A stretch of 64,000 nt of DNA from Octopus vulgaris (Eukaryota): positions 38,502,001 to 38,566,000 of the forward strand of contig OX597824.1 of assembly GCA_951406725.2 (NCBI GenBank), in the 5' to 3' direction. The stretch's first letter is position 1, and each line of letters opens with the position of its first letter. A program made the translations under genes and the position numbers. Below the pieces are notes generated by a model that was not told the DNA's origin, did no database searches, and saw only the letters and a program-made list of their open reading frames with translations. Shown here in pieces: positions 36,482 to 50,952 of the stretch.

Positions 36482-38642
36482 TTTAAAAGTGAGGACCTCG
36501 CGCGAAGACACTCAGTGTTAACCCGGTGGACTTAGGAGTGGGTCCTGTATCCCACCTATCTCTCAACGGGAACAATCAGAGTCAGTGTCAATGGTGTACC
36601 ACCGGGCGTAAACGTCTTTTTGGATTGTCGCTTGTGTGGTTCAAGACCCAGAGTCACTCCTGGAGGTGAAAAGGAGCAGTAGGGAGAATTGGTGTGGGAT
36701 CAATTTGGATATATTAATCCATGTAAAACCGGATGACATCGAGAAGATCCCAGACCTGATCCAGCTGCGCAACAGGGTGGAACTGCGTGTCGTCGTGGGG
36801 TAGGAAGCCCAGATGCAACATCTGTGGGTCCAAAAGCCACCTGAGAGCGTTTTGTCCCTAAAAGTTGGGAGGTACGTGGGTACACCTGCAGAGCAACAGT
36901 AACAACGGAGAACTTTTAATAAAACGGTAGCGTCATCTCCAACAACGGAGGCATGTGAACCCCATAGAATGGAGAAAACCACCCAGGGTATCTGTCAAAC
37001 CAGCCCTCTCTCACCCTCTCTCTCAAGCATACGCTCACACTACCACAGACACACTCACACTCCCCGAGACAGATCCTACAGATACTTGTCCCTCCCTATT
37101 CAGTACTGAAGATGAGGAAGAAACTTAGAACGCAAGAAAACAAAAAAGACAAAACAAAAGGCAGACGAACCTATACCGACAACTAAAAACACAGAAATCC
37201 CCAGCTCATCAACAACACTAGCACCACCATCTTCAAAAATCACCCTTAACCTAACCAAATGTACCAATGCTCTCAACAACATGTACTCCCAACAGGAGGC
37301 TCACAATCCCAGTATAGAAACACCGAATTATGTGCTCGTGAGGAGAGCCAACAAAAATTTGTTAGCTCTCATAGCCAAAGACAAGGAAATTTAGAGAGAG
37401 GGTGCAATTTTTGATACCAGCACACTTCTGGATCATCTATTGCTAATTCAGCTACTCCTAAAAAAATACAAAGAAATTCAGAAGGTTTTCCCACATGACG
37501 TGGGAAGGCCAAACGTTCGCACTACGAAGAAACTTTTAACCGGTCCGGGCTGCCAACAGCTCCAGGTGGGTAAGTAACCCCGCTCTTTTTTCTTTTCCTC
37601 GACCTTTTCGAGCCGTCATGACAACTGGGCTGCATAAATTTTCGCAGCTTGAAGTCACTCTGGGAGCAAAACCGCTTGCTCAATGACTTCTAGTCACTAG
37701 GTTTGGTTGTGATAGCAGCCAGTGAGACTAGGATTTCCGACACAGCCATTTTCGTAACAATTATGCGATCTACGCATCTCTGAGTCGGCCTGGAATGGGA
37801 GGCGGTGTGGCAGTGTTGTTTATGAAAGGCCTGGATCTTGAATCCCGGACAATCTTCCTGGACCCGGAGGGTATGTTGATGGCCCTGACCGTGAGCGACA
37901 GTGAAGGTGGTGCCTTTAGACTAGTTGCTGTTTATGCCCCCACGTATTGCCGGTTCGAGAAAGCTCTATTGACATGGGAGTGCTGTCAGACGGACATGTT
38001 GAGGTGTGCGCAGGGCGATGAACCCATCCTGCTTGCACTCGTCCAATGTTCGTGCATTACTGAACTGTAAAGTTTTGTCGAACAGTTGTAGTTACGTGTA
38101 GGGTGGATCCGGTTATCAGCTGAGTCCATTGCGAGTATCGCCCGGTCGCCTTCTTTTGGCCGGGAAGGAAAGGCAGTTTTCTTCTGCTTGGTGGCTATAG
38201 CGAAAGAGGTAGTGTTGTGGACGAGGTTGGAAGGACTTTCAACAGACACTTTCCTCTTCGGCCGAGCCCTCATCGAATTTTTAAGTTCAACTTGAAATGG
38301 AAAGTGAGGGTAGAGAGAGAAGTACTGCTCCCCGCCTCGAGTAAGTTTGTTGAAAGGTGAGTGAATGTTGCGAAAATGGCTCGTGTGAATGGGCCTACTC
38401 TGAATAATCGTCTGTAAGCCGGAGCAGCTGAGGGGTAGAGGGGTGCCTACATGTCGTGCACTTGGTAGTCGTGACGACAAGAATGTGTGGGGTGTCCTGA
38501 TTGGCTTTAGGTGGAACTATTGGGGAATGTTGCTGTTTAATTTATTTTTGTTAACCGTTTTTGTTTTAAACCCCACTTGTCCCTTGATTTGTTTGGTCCC
38601 TAATTGTTTTTGTGTTCGGCCCTTGTAGCCAGTAAAGAAATG
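36482..38642 (+). mobile_element. Tx1/L1-group LINE with the RT deleted: ORF1 (CCHC), APE endonuclease, C-terminal domain and 3' UTR
   Basis: ORF1 IPDLIQLRNRVELRVVV..GRKPRCNICGSKSHLRAFCP (CX2CX4HX4C at 36814-36855). ORF2 LGCINFRSL...IAASETR...GGGVAVL...FRLVAVYAP (APE) is joined to TCLRCAQGDEPILLALVQC...AKEVV. Ends GCCCTTGTAGCCAGTAAAGAAA. Confidence 0.85.
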
Positions 38643-38689
38643 ATAATAATAATTATTTTTAATAATAATAATAATAATAATAATAATAT

Positions 38690-38747
38690 TGGGCTTCGTA
38701 TATTTTACCCCAGTGTCACTTTGATGGCATGCACTGCTCTCTCACTC

Positions 38748-38748
<1 letters not shown>
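38690..38748 (+). mobile_element. Repeat family D, 59-bp extreme 3' fragment between AAT tracts
   Basis: TGGGCTTCGTATATTTTACCCCAGTGTCACTTTGATGGCATGCACTGCTCTCTCACTC followed by (AAT)n. Confidence 0.75.
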
Positions 38749-38779
<31 letters not shown>

Positions 38780-39089
38780 GCCAGCGCTATCATTGATCGC
38801 TAGTAGTTGTAAACACATTTGACCTCTACTAACCCCAAGGGTGTGAAGCGTCTTTTGTCTCCTTTTCGCACAGGAATGCCCACTGCTGACCTCCTCACCA
38901 TCTGCCGAATGTATTTACAGACCTGTAGAATTTGGTCTATTCATCAAGCTGCTTCTCTTCCTCTTACTCTCAAGACGATTATAATGCTGGTTGTGGGAAC
39001 ACGTGAAATGACCAGTAAAGGAACTAAAAATTAGTTGAGAATGACCCCTGGATTACCATTCATGCAGGGAGCACAAAAGATAGTATTAA

Positions 39090-40447
39090 GTGTTAACTGC
39101 AAACGTAAACAGACTGTATACGAAAAGAATGGTGGCAGAGAACTGATTTGTAAAGACCATTGTATAAGGAGTGATTTTGGAGCTGGGTCACATTCTACAC
39201 AGAGAAATGAAAGTCAAGGTCAGCGAGGCATATCAAAAAAGGGTGAAGATGGCGTTGAAATCCAACCTGAATGCCAAAAATCTGATTGCCGCAATGAATA
39301 TCTGGGCAGTTCTGGTGGTCAGATATAGTGCGTCCAACCTCAAATGAACTAAGGAGGAATATCAATATTGGATAGAAGGACGAGAAAGTTGATGACATCT
39401 TTAAGCATACGTAAGCAGTCTGTGTGTGAAAAGAAAGAATGGTATCATAGGACTAATTAGTATAGACATTTATATAAGGAGTGGAAGGAGAACGCTTGCC
39501 GAGTATTTGATAGTGATGAAAAACTGCTACAATATGCCGCGAAATGCAGATGAAATGATGGGCAAGGAAGGGCTTAACCAAAGAGCTGAGGAGAAGAGAA
39601 AAGAAGACCTTGAAATGAGAATGCATGGACAGTTTGAAAGGAATAGACAGGACGATAAAGATAATACAGCTTGAGCGAGGTGATTTGAAGCGTACCACCG
39701 AAAGCTTGATCAGTGCTGTACAAGACCAGGCTCTCACTTCCAGATCAGTGAAGTATAACATTTATAAAACTTCTGACACCCAGAAACGCAGACTCAGTGG
39801 AAAGAATATAGAAAATATGACCCACTTGGTAAAGTGGATGTGAGAGCCTTGCACAAAAAAAGAAAGAAAAAAACCACAAGCGCCGCCACGATAAAGTGTG
39901 TGTGTATCTTCATTGGTTCTTATGCCGTAAATACCAATATAAAATAACAGAGAACTGGTATGAGCATGTACCAAGTAAAGTTATGCAGGAGGATGGAAAA
40001 GTAACGATACTCTAGGACTATGACTTTCAGAGAGATCGTGTATTCGAACACCGTCGACCGGATATTGTCATATTGAATAAGAGAGACAAATACAGTCAGA
40101 TCATTAATGTAGCCATACCAAATGATATGAATGTTGTGAGTAAAGGGGTTGAAAAACATCACCAAGTACTCCAAACTGAAAGTGGAAATGGCAAAACTTT
40201 ATGGAATGCGATATGGTAATGTAAAAGTGATACCAGTGGTGATCGGGGCGGTGGGCTCAATCCCATTGAAACTTCAAAACTTAAGGCAATTGGAAATCCC
40301 ATGCAAGATTGATGTCTTGCAAAAAGCCTTAATAGGCACAGCGCACATCTTAAGGAAAGTATTATTTCTGAGGTCCTTGTTGTGACTTGAGAGATGACTA
40401 AAGACTCCGGTGCATTTTTACCTACACTTTGATACGAAGGAATAATA
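39090..40447 (+). mobile_element. R4/Dong-type RLE retrotransposon, 3' ~1.3 kb (pseudogenised)
   Basis: NLIAAMNIWAV...MHGQF...LKRTTESLISAVQDQAL...THLVSGC...RRHDKV...WYEHVP...HRRPDIVILNK...VAIPND...KYSKLKVEM...VIPVVIGAVG...GTAHILRKVL. Confidence 0.9.
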
Positions 40448-41825
40448 TACATGCATAGACACGCACACGCACACACACATACACACACACATATACATAT
40501 ATGTATATGTGTCTGTGTGTTTTCCCGATTCACTGGTTGACAACTGTCCCCATAACGTAGCGATTCGGCAGAAGAGCACCTGGATCGATTTGCTCGACTA
40601 AATTCTTCAAGGCGGTGCCCCAGCATGGCCACGGTCTAATGAATGAAACTGTTAAACGATAAAAGATTTGCCATCACGGTTTGGACCGGTGCACAACATA
40701 CGTTTATCAAGAATGGTGAGACCGTAACAGGACTTGAACTGAGGAAGCTAAGAGTCTAAATAAATACCACAAAGAGTTTTGTCCGACGTTCTAACGACTC
40801 TGCCATTTCATTACCGTCTTAAGAGAATGTTTTGTTTTATTTTGCAGCACCCTGTAGGACAGAATACATTGATAATATGTTCCTAGATATACGCTATCTA
40901 AATAAAATACGAGATAGTCTTTGATTACACGTGAGACCACATGATTAGGATTGATCTCGTGATTAACGATAACACTACCAACAAGACCAGTAACTGCAAC
41001 GGAAATATATTTTACCGTTCTTGAACAAATCATAGCTAGATACGAAAGATAGTAAAAACGAAAGAAACCTAGATACAAATGGTAAGGGCAGGATAGTGAC
41101 CCTTATCATAACATCTGAGACTATTGAAAAGGAGCAGGAAAGATGTCCTTAAACAGGAGATTTGATTAAAATAGACTGCGCTAAAGTTATCCAGGATATC
41201 TGGTAGAGCAATTAAACCGAGTGATGGATTAAATCTGCCACCTAAGAAGGATTTGAACCCAGAACGCAAAAATCGGAAGAAACACAGTGAAGAATCCCGT
41301 CTGACGCTGTGAAAATTTCGCTAGTCCACCGCCGTAGACAGGTATTTTTATTGCAGTCCGAAAGACTAACAAAAAAAAAAAAAAAAAAATCAAAGCAGAC
41401 CACAATAGGATTTGAACTCAGAAAGGTATCAGCCTAAACGACTTCTGCAAGGAATTTCATCCGGAATCTCAACTCCGCCATTTCGCTGCCGTTTTAAGAA
41501 AAACGTTTAATCGTTTTTAGTAATTCACCTTCTTTAAATTAGTAATTAATATGAAGTCTCAGACGTAATATGGCTGCTGGAGATTTCACGTGACTGTAAG
41601 GAAAAAAAGGATTTGATTAAAATCGGAGTTCGATCACGAGATTTTACTGGAAAAACAGGTGTTCGATTGAGGATTAAATTTGTTGCAAAATGGCGCCAAA
41701 TATTTCATGTAGTTTAACTTGATTGTCGTGAGGCGGCGCCATATGTTCTATCAATGTTGGCTGTTGTGTATTATGCTGAAATTTAGCGACGGAGAGAGTT
41801 TGGTGGATTATAACATAAAATAATC

Positions 41826-41856
<31 letters not shown>

Positions 41857-42002
41857 TGTATGTATGTATGTATGTATGTATGTATGCATGTATGCATGTA
41901 TGTGTTTGAGTGTGTATGTATGTATGTGTGCCAATGTATATATGAATGGATGCGTGTATGATGTATGTATATATGTATGTTTGCTTGCACGAATGTATTC
42001 AT

Positions 42003-42056
<54 letters not shown>

Positions 42057-42165
42057 TGTTTATGCACACCCACAAACATAGACGAATATACAAATATGTA
42101 CATGTAAGCATACATGTATAGGCGCGCGCACACGCACTCACACACACACACACACACTATATATA

Positions 42166-42249
<84 letters not shown>

Positions 42250-42559
42250 CATATAGCTTTACAGTTATCACGTGGGCACTTTAAATTTCTTTTGCAACAT
42301 TTTATTACATTTAAATTTCTATCTTAGAAACTGAAAAGAGTGGTTTCATATTTTTCTAGAATCAAGATCTGAACCGTTAACATAGGAATACGAAAGAGAT
42401 AGTTGAATAATAGTAAACCTACTTTTAGGCCACCATGTATAAACCCCTGTTTATATTTTCTCTTATTCGTCTGTTTATTTTCCATTATTCCTTTCTGTCG
42501 GAGAGCGTAAAAGACTTTTTCATTTTTCCCTAGCATCAAACTAATACACTTGCTTGTAC

Positions 42560-42616
<57 letters not shown>

Positions 42617-42640
42617 CGTGTGTATGTGTATGTATATATA

Positions 42641-42687
<47 letters not shown>

Positions 42688-42717
42688 TATATACATACAT
42701 ATGATATATGATATATA

Positions 42718-42861
42718 TCTTGCTTACCAACCATTTGGTTCCGAGTTCAGTCCCACTGCGTGTCACTTTGGGCAAGTGTCTTCTACTGTAGCTTCGAGCT
42801 GACCAAAGCCTTGTGAGTGGATTTGGTAGACGGAAACTGAAAGAAGCTTGTGGCATATATA

Positions 42862-42930
<69 letters not shown>

Positions 42931-43158
42931 CATGTGTGTGTGTGTGTGCTTGTGTGTCTGCGTTTATTCCCCAACATCGCTTGACAACCGATGCCGGTGT
43001 ATTTACGCCCCCGTAAGCTAGCAGTTCGGCAAAAAGTAACCGATAGAATAAGTACTATGTTTACAAAGAATAAGCCCTGGGGTCGATTTGCTCGACTAAA
43101 GGCGGTACCCCAGCATGGCCGCAGTCAAATGACTGAAACAAGTAAAAGGATAAAAGAA
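42718..43158 (+). mobile_element. SINE family B, 5'-truncated
   Basis: CTTGCTTACCAACC...TTGGGCAAGTGTCTT...(TA)n...GACTGAAACAAGTAAAAG. Confidence 0.85.
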
Positions 43159-43301
<143 letters not shown>

Positions 43302-43320
43302 GTATGCGCGTGTGTGTATG

Positions 43321-43354
<34 letters not shown>

Positions 43355-43401
43355 TACATTCAGACACACATATATATATATACATACATATATGTGAGTG
43401 T

Positions 43402-43463
<62 letters not shown>

Positions 43464-44136
43464 CGTGCGTATGCACGTATGTATAATATAATATATGACA
43501 TGTGCTACTGGAATATTAATATTTAGATAGATAAGCTAAGCGCAGAAAGGAAAATAAAATTAGAGACACATACCAGACAGAAATTAAAAGTGAATGAATG
43601 ATGCGACTGATGGAGGAGTGGGAGAGTGGGAGAAAGAGAGAGAGAGGAGGATGCATATGCGGAGTATATATATGCAGTATGGAAGAGAAGGATAGGGAGA
43701 AAAAGAGAGGAATGCCTATAGAGGGTGAATATATGCCATGTGTAAGAGAGAGCAAGTGAGCAAGAGAGGGGGAGAACTAAAATGAGAACAGAAAATTGAG
43801 AGAATGAGAAGAAGGGAAGGGTGAAGAAATAAGAATTCAAAGGGGAAAGAAAGAAGAACAGAAGAAGGACAAATGAAAGGCGGAAGGAGACGTATGTAAA
43901 TCGTGTGGATATAAGAAAGAAAGAGTAACAATAATTTAGTATAAATATCAGGTTAATTCATAAATTAGCTTTAATTAATAATAGATTTTGGTTTCAATCT
44001 TTGATAGTATTTTGTTACATTCCTTGACATTCCGGGTTCAATTCTATGCCGATGTCAATTTTGACTTTCGTCATTCTTAAGTTCGATAAAATGAAGTACC
44101 AACGACATTGTAGTGTGAATAATATCGACTATATAA

Positions 44137-44950
44137 GGCGGTGAGCTGGCAGAAACGTTAGCACGCCGGGCGAAATGCTTTGCGGTATTTCGTCTGCCGC
44201 TACGTTCTGAGTTCAAATTCCGCCGAGGTCGACTTTGCCTTTCATCATTTCGGGGTCGATTGAATAAGTCCAAGTTACGCACTGGTGTCGATATAATCGA
44301 CTTTATCCGTTTGTCTGTCCTTGTTTGTCCCCTCTGTGTGTAGCCCCTTGTGGGCAGTAAAGAAATAGGTATTTCGTTTGTCTTTATGTTGTGAGTTCAA
44401 ATTCCGCGGAGGTCGACTTTGCCTTTCATCCTTACAGGGTAGATAAATTAAGTACCACTTACGCACTGGGGTCGATGTAATCGACTTAATCCCTTTGCCA
44501 GTCCTTGTTTGTCTCCTCTATATTTAGCCCCTTGTGGGCAATAAAGAAATAAGAAACGTTAGCACGCCGAGTGAAATGCTTTGTGGAATTTCGTTTGTCT
44601 TTATGTTCTGAGTTCAAATTTCGCTGAGGTCGACTTTGCGTTTCATCCTTTCGGGGTTGATAGATTAAGTACCAGTTACGCACTGGGGTCGATGTAATTG
44701 ACTTAATCCGTTTGTCTGTCCTTGTTTGTCCTCTCTGTGTTTAGCCCCTTGTGGGTAGTAAAGAAATAGGTATTTCGTCTGCCGCTACGTTCTGAGTTCA
44801 AATTCCGCGAGGTCGACTTTGCCTTTCATCCTTTCGGGGGTCGATAAATTAAGTACCAGTTGAACAGTGGGGTCGATCTAATCGACTGCCCCACCCCACC
44901 AAAAAAAAAAAAAAAAATTGCAGGCCTTGTGCCTAGAGTAGAAAAGAATA
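44137..44950 (+). mobile_element. Four-unit tandem array of SINE family A
   Basis: The B-box GAGTTCAAATT recurs at ~44209, 44393, 44610 and 44795. Three units end in the Tx1-like tail; the last ends CAGGCCTTGTGCCTAGAGTAGAAAAG. Confidence 0.9.
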
Positions 44951-45302
44951 ATGTTAATTATATCACTCCGTTAATGTTGAAGCCTTGTACCAATAGAAGG
45001 AATCAATGAATTATTCCAATCTAAGGTTGATCGATTGACAGCCGGTAGACAGGCAGGAAAATGATATCTCTTATAATTTAATTTTACAACGTCGTATTTC
45101 TGGAAACTTTGGTTCCATAGTCTTTCCGGATTGCTGACTTTTCCGAACTAGGGTGGTCACTTTGGTCAACTCACTCTCTAAATTAAACAAATATTGATAT
45201 CAAAGTTTGGCACAAGGCCAGCAAGATCAGGGAAGAGAATGAGTCAGTTACTTCGACCCCAGTACTTACTTTATTTACTTTACTGACCACGAAAGGATGA
45301 AA

Positions 45303-45540
45303 GAGGTACATGGATTATGAACAGGACTTATGATCGTAAGAATGTGGTTTCGATTCCTGGACCAGGCGATGCGTTATGTTCTTGAGCAAAAACAATTCCT
45401 TTCGCGTTGCTTCAGCCCACTCAGCTAGCGTAAGTGATTAATCCCGCGACGAACCGGCGTCCCGTCCAGTGGTTGGGACAATATATACGCCACAGAATCC
45501 GGAAAACCGGCTTTATAAACATATGGCTCGGGAAGGACCT
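45303..45540 (+). mobile_element. SINE family C, diverged
   Basis: GGTTTCGATTCCTGGACC...TGTTCTTGAGCAAAA...CCACTCAGCT. Confidence 0.7.
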
Positions 45541-46213
45541 TTTCGGGTGAGTGTATAGCATTCTGTTACTCATTGCCTGTCACTAAGTCTAGTGTGCGCA
45601 CTCATGCTGCGCCTCTTAAATTAACTGTCTGTGTATCTCTCGTTCGTTTACTCAACCGCCTCTTTCAGTACGTAACTGGAAAATCAACTAGCCAACCAGC
45701 CAACCACCTAACCAACTAATATTTATATCATCTCTTAATATACAGAAATAACTTTCTGGAGAGTGGTAAGAAGACACTTCAAATATTGGGTTGTAAAAGC
45801 AGTAGCCATCACTGAGGAATCAGTGGTCATGTAGTTAACCTTGATTAAATCAACATGGTACATGCAGCTTACATGAACCAAAGCCAAGCGAAGTATTTAA
45901 ACCGTACAAACATTGGAAACGAGCAAAGACGTCGGTCAGTTTGTACTCTCGGCTCTTTTGTACAGTTCTCTATTTTGTTGCGGCTCTTTGCGTTGGGATT
46001 CACATCCCGCTAACACCGACTTTGCTTTTCTTTTTCTTAAACTCACAAACTAAGTACTGATGAAGTACTGGGGTCAGTTTAATCGATACTTAATTTCTGT
46101 GAACATGAAAACGAAAATTCAATATCTATAAAGTAGGCCTACTGCTGCAGAGTCGAACAACAAACTGTTTTTACATTGTAAACAACTCTACTCGGTCGCA
46201 CACATGTTATGAA

Positions 46214-46310
<97 letters not shown>

Positions 46311-46339
46311 GTCTCTCTTTCTCTCTCTATATATATATG

Positions 46340-46406
<67 letters not shown>

Positions 46407-46488
46407 TCCAACAACTACTAACTTTCTGCAAAGCTCAGCTGAAACCCACAATAAAGCCTTGATCCAATATTGGAGATTGTGAGGTACA

Positions 46489-46574
<86 letters not shown>

Positions 46575-47263
46575 CACACACACACACTTACGCGCGCGCG
46601 CACGCACACATATACACACATCCTTGTCCGTATCCGAACAAAGGCCACTTGACTTTGGTGATGGTAGTAATGATCCTGGTAGCGAATATTAAACAGCAAC
46701 TAATAATCCGTTCTGCTAAAGGTACAAGGCCTGAAAGTTACAAGGCCTGAAAGTTCTTGTGTGGTGGACGCAATTCATTACCCAGTTTACCCCCAAAAAA
46801 CCCACCCCACCCCAGAACAACTACAACCACCATACCATCACCACCTAAATCTTGGGTTCCTCTAATAGGAGTCTACTTTATTACCGCGATTCGGAGCAGG
46901 TCTCTGGGTATCTGGTTTGAGAATAACTCACCCACTTCCGTCTAGAATTGGAGGCCCTCAAGAAAAAGAAAAAAATTAAAAAGAAAACAAAACAAAGTGA
47001 GACGGAAAATGGCTGTACAGACTAAGGGCCTGTCCTTCTATTCTTTATTCTCTGGAAGAAAACGAATAGTGACATTTGTTTTCTAGAAAAGTCACTTGGC
47101 ATTCCTGGTCATAATGATCCAAAATGATGGTGCCGATTTGACGAGCATTTTCAAACCTCCAATGTGGAAGATTGTTTATTAAATAAATATTATTATGACT
47201 ACTTATTTATTTATTTTTTTTATTGCTTATGATCTCTCTCTCTCCCCCACCTCACTCTGATTT

Positions 47264-47305
<42 letters not shown>

Positions 47306-47643
47306 ACTTTCTATCTATCTTTCGCTCCAAACCACTTCTCGTTCTCTGTCACTCTTATGCACGAATGCACACAGACACAGAAGCGTACGGTGTCGCACAC
47401 ACATTTGCTTATGTATGTGCATATATATATATATATACGTGTTTGTATGCGTGCGTGTCCATGTGTCTATATATATATACATGTATGTATATGTATGGAT
47501 ATATGTGTGTATGTATGTTTATATGTATGTGAGCTTGTATGTAAGTACATGCATTAGCGTATTTATACAGCCATGTTTGTTTTGTTTCCTTTTTTTGCAG
47601 TTCGTAATGCCGTTATCTTAGTATATGATTATCCACGCAGCTA

Positions 47644-47717
<74 letters not shown>

Positions 47718-47950
47718 ACACACAAGTTCTCACAAATATACACACTTCTCCCTCATTTTCTAACTCCTTTCTTGTGTGCGCGTATACCTATATATATACA
47801 TAGATACACACACACACTGCCACATGTATGTATGCATATATTTATGCAGGTATGCATATATACCACCATACACACATATCTATATGCATATATACTTAAA
47901 TATATAGAAGTGCGTGAACATCTCTTTCTTTCTCTCCCTACCGTTTTTGT

Positions 47951-48004
<54 letters not shown>

Positions 48005-48030
48005 GTCTGTCTGTCTGTCTCTCTATAAAC

Positions 48031-48062
<32 letters not shown>

Positions 48063-48079
48063 TCACTCACATATACATG

Positions 48080-48174
<95 letters not shown>

Positions 48175-48479
48175 GTGAGTGTGTGTGTGTGTGTGTGCAC
48201 AAATACAGGCACAAAATACAAGTATTCCACTATTTTTATCAACCAAAAGTATTTTTCTGTCTAAGAAGTTAAAAAGTTACCTACCACACATATATACTCA
48301 TATTCATACACGTATATATACACACACTCACCTATATACACAACAATCTACATACCCATACGCTCCGTCACATTATATATACATACACTCATGGCTGTTT
48401 AATTTTATGAGAAGTGATTTCGCATGCATTATTATTATTATTATTATCATTATTATTATCATTATTATTATTATCATCA

Positions 48480-48552
<73 letters not shown>

Positions 48553-48920
48553 CATTATTATTATTATTATCATTATTATTATTTCTCCGTCTTGAGCAAA
48601 CATTTTTACAGTTTCATAAATAATGTTTTATTGGCTAACATCAGTTTATCAAAGTGGAAAAGAAATACGAGTTAGCTACTTAGCAAATTCTCTTCCTCTC
48701 CCTCTTTATATATCTCTTCACTTTCTTTCTCTTTCTCTTTTTTCTCTTTCTCTTTTTTTCTCTTCCTCTTTCTTTCTCTTTCTCTTTCTCTCCCTCTCCT
48801 CCTCTCTCTTTCATTTACTATCAACCTCGCGCATGCGCTCATGTACGTATGTACCTCTATATTTATGTATGTATATGTAAGCATGTGTTAGTATATATAT
48901 GTTTATATATATCGTATTAT

Positions 48921-48977
<57 letters not shown>

Positions 48978-49233
48978 GATATACCATATTGTATATACAT
49001 ATATGTATATATATATAATGGCAATATGTAATGGTAACATACTACCAGTCAGTTAAGAAGAGTCAAAGACACTCAAATATACACACAAACGTTTAGAGAC
49101 ACGGGGAGGGGATGGGGGGGGGGCGTGAGACATCGTGAGAGATAGAGGCAGAAGAAGAGAGAGAAAAAGAGAGAGAGAGGGGGTCAGTGAAGGAGAAGGA
49201 GAGAAAAATATAAAGAGGCATACAGAAAGACAC

Positions 49234-49311
<78 letters not shown>

Positions 49312-49329
49312 GCATGTGTACATAATAGA

Positions 49330-49394
<65 letters not shown>

Positions 49395-49971
49395 GGCCAA
49401 ACACACATGCATACATATATAGCTGTTGCTCTAAATATCTGTCAATTTTAATTTCATTTAAAAGAACACTAGTAAATAAAAAGCAACACAAATTTATTGG
49501 AATTTCATGGCGGGAAATACTTAATAGACAGACAGAGAATATGGTTCTTCCAAAGATTTCAAACACTTACTGGTGGGAAGATAAAAATAATTCGGTGTCT
49601 TTATGAGCATCTAATTATTCAAATGTTTGTTCGTAAAAACGAAAAAAATTATCTCGAATACCTTCGATCATATATATTTGGCGATCACTTGACACAGAGA
49701 GGAGTGATTGATAAAATGTCTTTTCATTTTTTTGCCTGTATCCTTCATCGTTTGAATCCCACCAAAGAAGATATTAATAAATCATTTTTCAGAGATGGAA
49801 AGGAGGCGAATAAAGTAAAGTACTGTTTCATTAAAAAGATCCCACTAACTATCGCTCTATCGATATATCTACCTGCAGCAACGGTTAACGTAATATTTCA
49901 GGTGATGTGGTGACCAGCATTTCTTTAATTCAATTCAAATAAAATTAATTTACACCATATACTTTAATTGT

Positions 49972-50214
49972 GGAGGCGCGTGGCTTAGTGGTTAGGGTGT
50001 CAGCACCATGATCGTAAGATTATGGTTTCGATTCCTGGACCGGGCGACGCGTTGTGTTCTTGAGCAAAACACTTCATTTCACGTTGCTCCAGTCCACTCA
50101 GCTGGCAAAAATGAGTAACGCTGCGATGGACTGGCGCCCCGTCCAGCTGGGGAACACATACGCCATAGAAACCGGGAAACCATGAGCCTGGCTAGGCTTT
50201 AAAAGGGCGCATTT
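49972..50214 (+). mobile_element. SINE family C, full length
   Basis: A-box TGGCTTAGTGG, B-box-like GGTTTCGATTCC, body GTTGTGTTCTTGAGCAAAACACTT, tail AAAAGGGCGCATTT. Close match to 58871-59113 (-). Confidence 0.88.
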
Positions 50215-50485
50215 ATTTATTTTTATATACTTTAATTAAGGGTGCGGGGGGGAATGTGCATGTGTGCGTGTGCGTGTGTGTGCACGTGCGCGTGTTGCAC
50301 ATGCATTGGAGCTTGCATAAAACGTGTCATGAATGTATTGACACTACTACTAAACATTCTTCAAGACATTGCCCCAGCATGGCTGCAGTCTAATGACTGA
50401 AACAAATAGAAGATAAAAGACAAAGGATATAGTGATACATTACTAAAATCGATAAAAATAGTACATGGATTTGGGTGAGGAGTGA

Positions 50486-50559
<74 letters not shown>

Positions 50560-50667
50560 AAGATAATCTGGAACTCGACTGAGGAAAGAAAACTCCGAAT
50601 GACCCGTCCTTGTTTTCGTTTTCTCTGTATCGTCTATCTGGATGTTTTGCGTTCTTGTCCCATTTTG

Positions 50668-50707
<40 letters not shown>

Positions 50708-50889
50708 ACACACGCACAACATACTAGAGAAAAAAAATCATTATCTGCATTTTCGCCAAAAGCTTTCTTTAGATTAGCGGCCCTGCATTCAATGCTCGCG
50801 AACCGAAAGACGATACTCTTGTGGTTACATAACCGATGTTTTATCTTCATCACTCCAGTTTTCTTTCTTGTGTCGCAGAGTAGACATGG

Positions 50890-50952
50890 CCAATCTGCTG
50901 ACAGTGTGAACCGAGGAGGAACAGAGATCAGTGATCCGATTCCTCTGGTCCG
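50890..50952 (+). mobile_element. Possible mariner transposase N-terminal remnant
   Basis: [14 protein letters not shown] resembles the start of some mariner transposases. The match is short. Confidence 0.4.

Noticed and set aside
43540-43930. Purine-rich strand and hydrophobic minus-strand ORFs
   Set aside because: Degenerate GA-rich simple sequence typical of this window, not a membrane-protein exon.
49972-50045. tRNA gene
   Set aside because: A and B boxes are present, but the sequence continues into a dispersed SINE body seen in several copies and I could not form a full cloverleaf.
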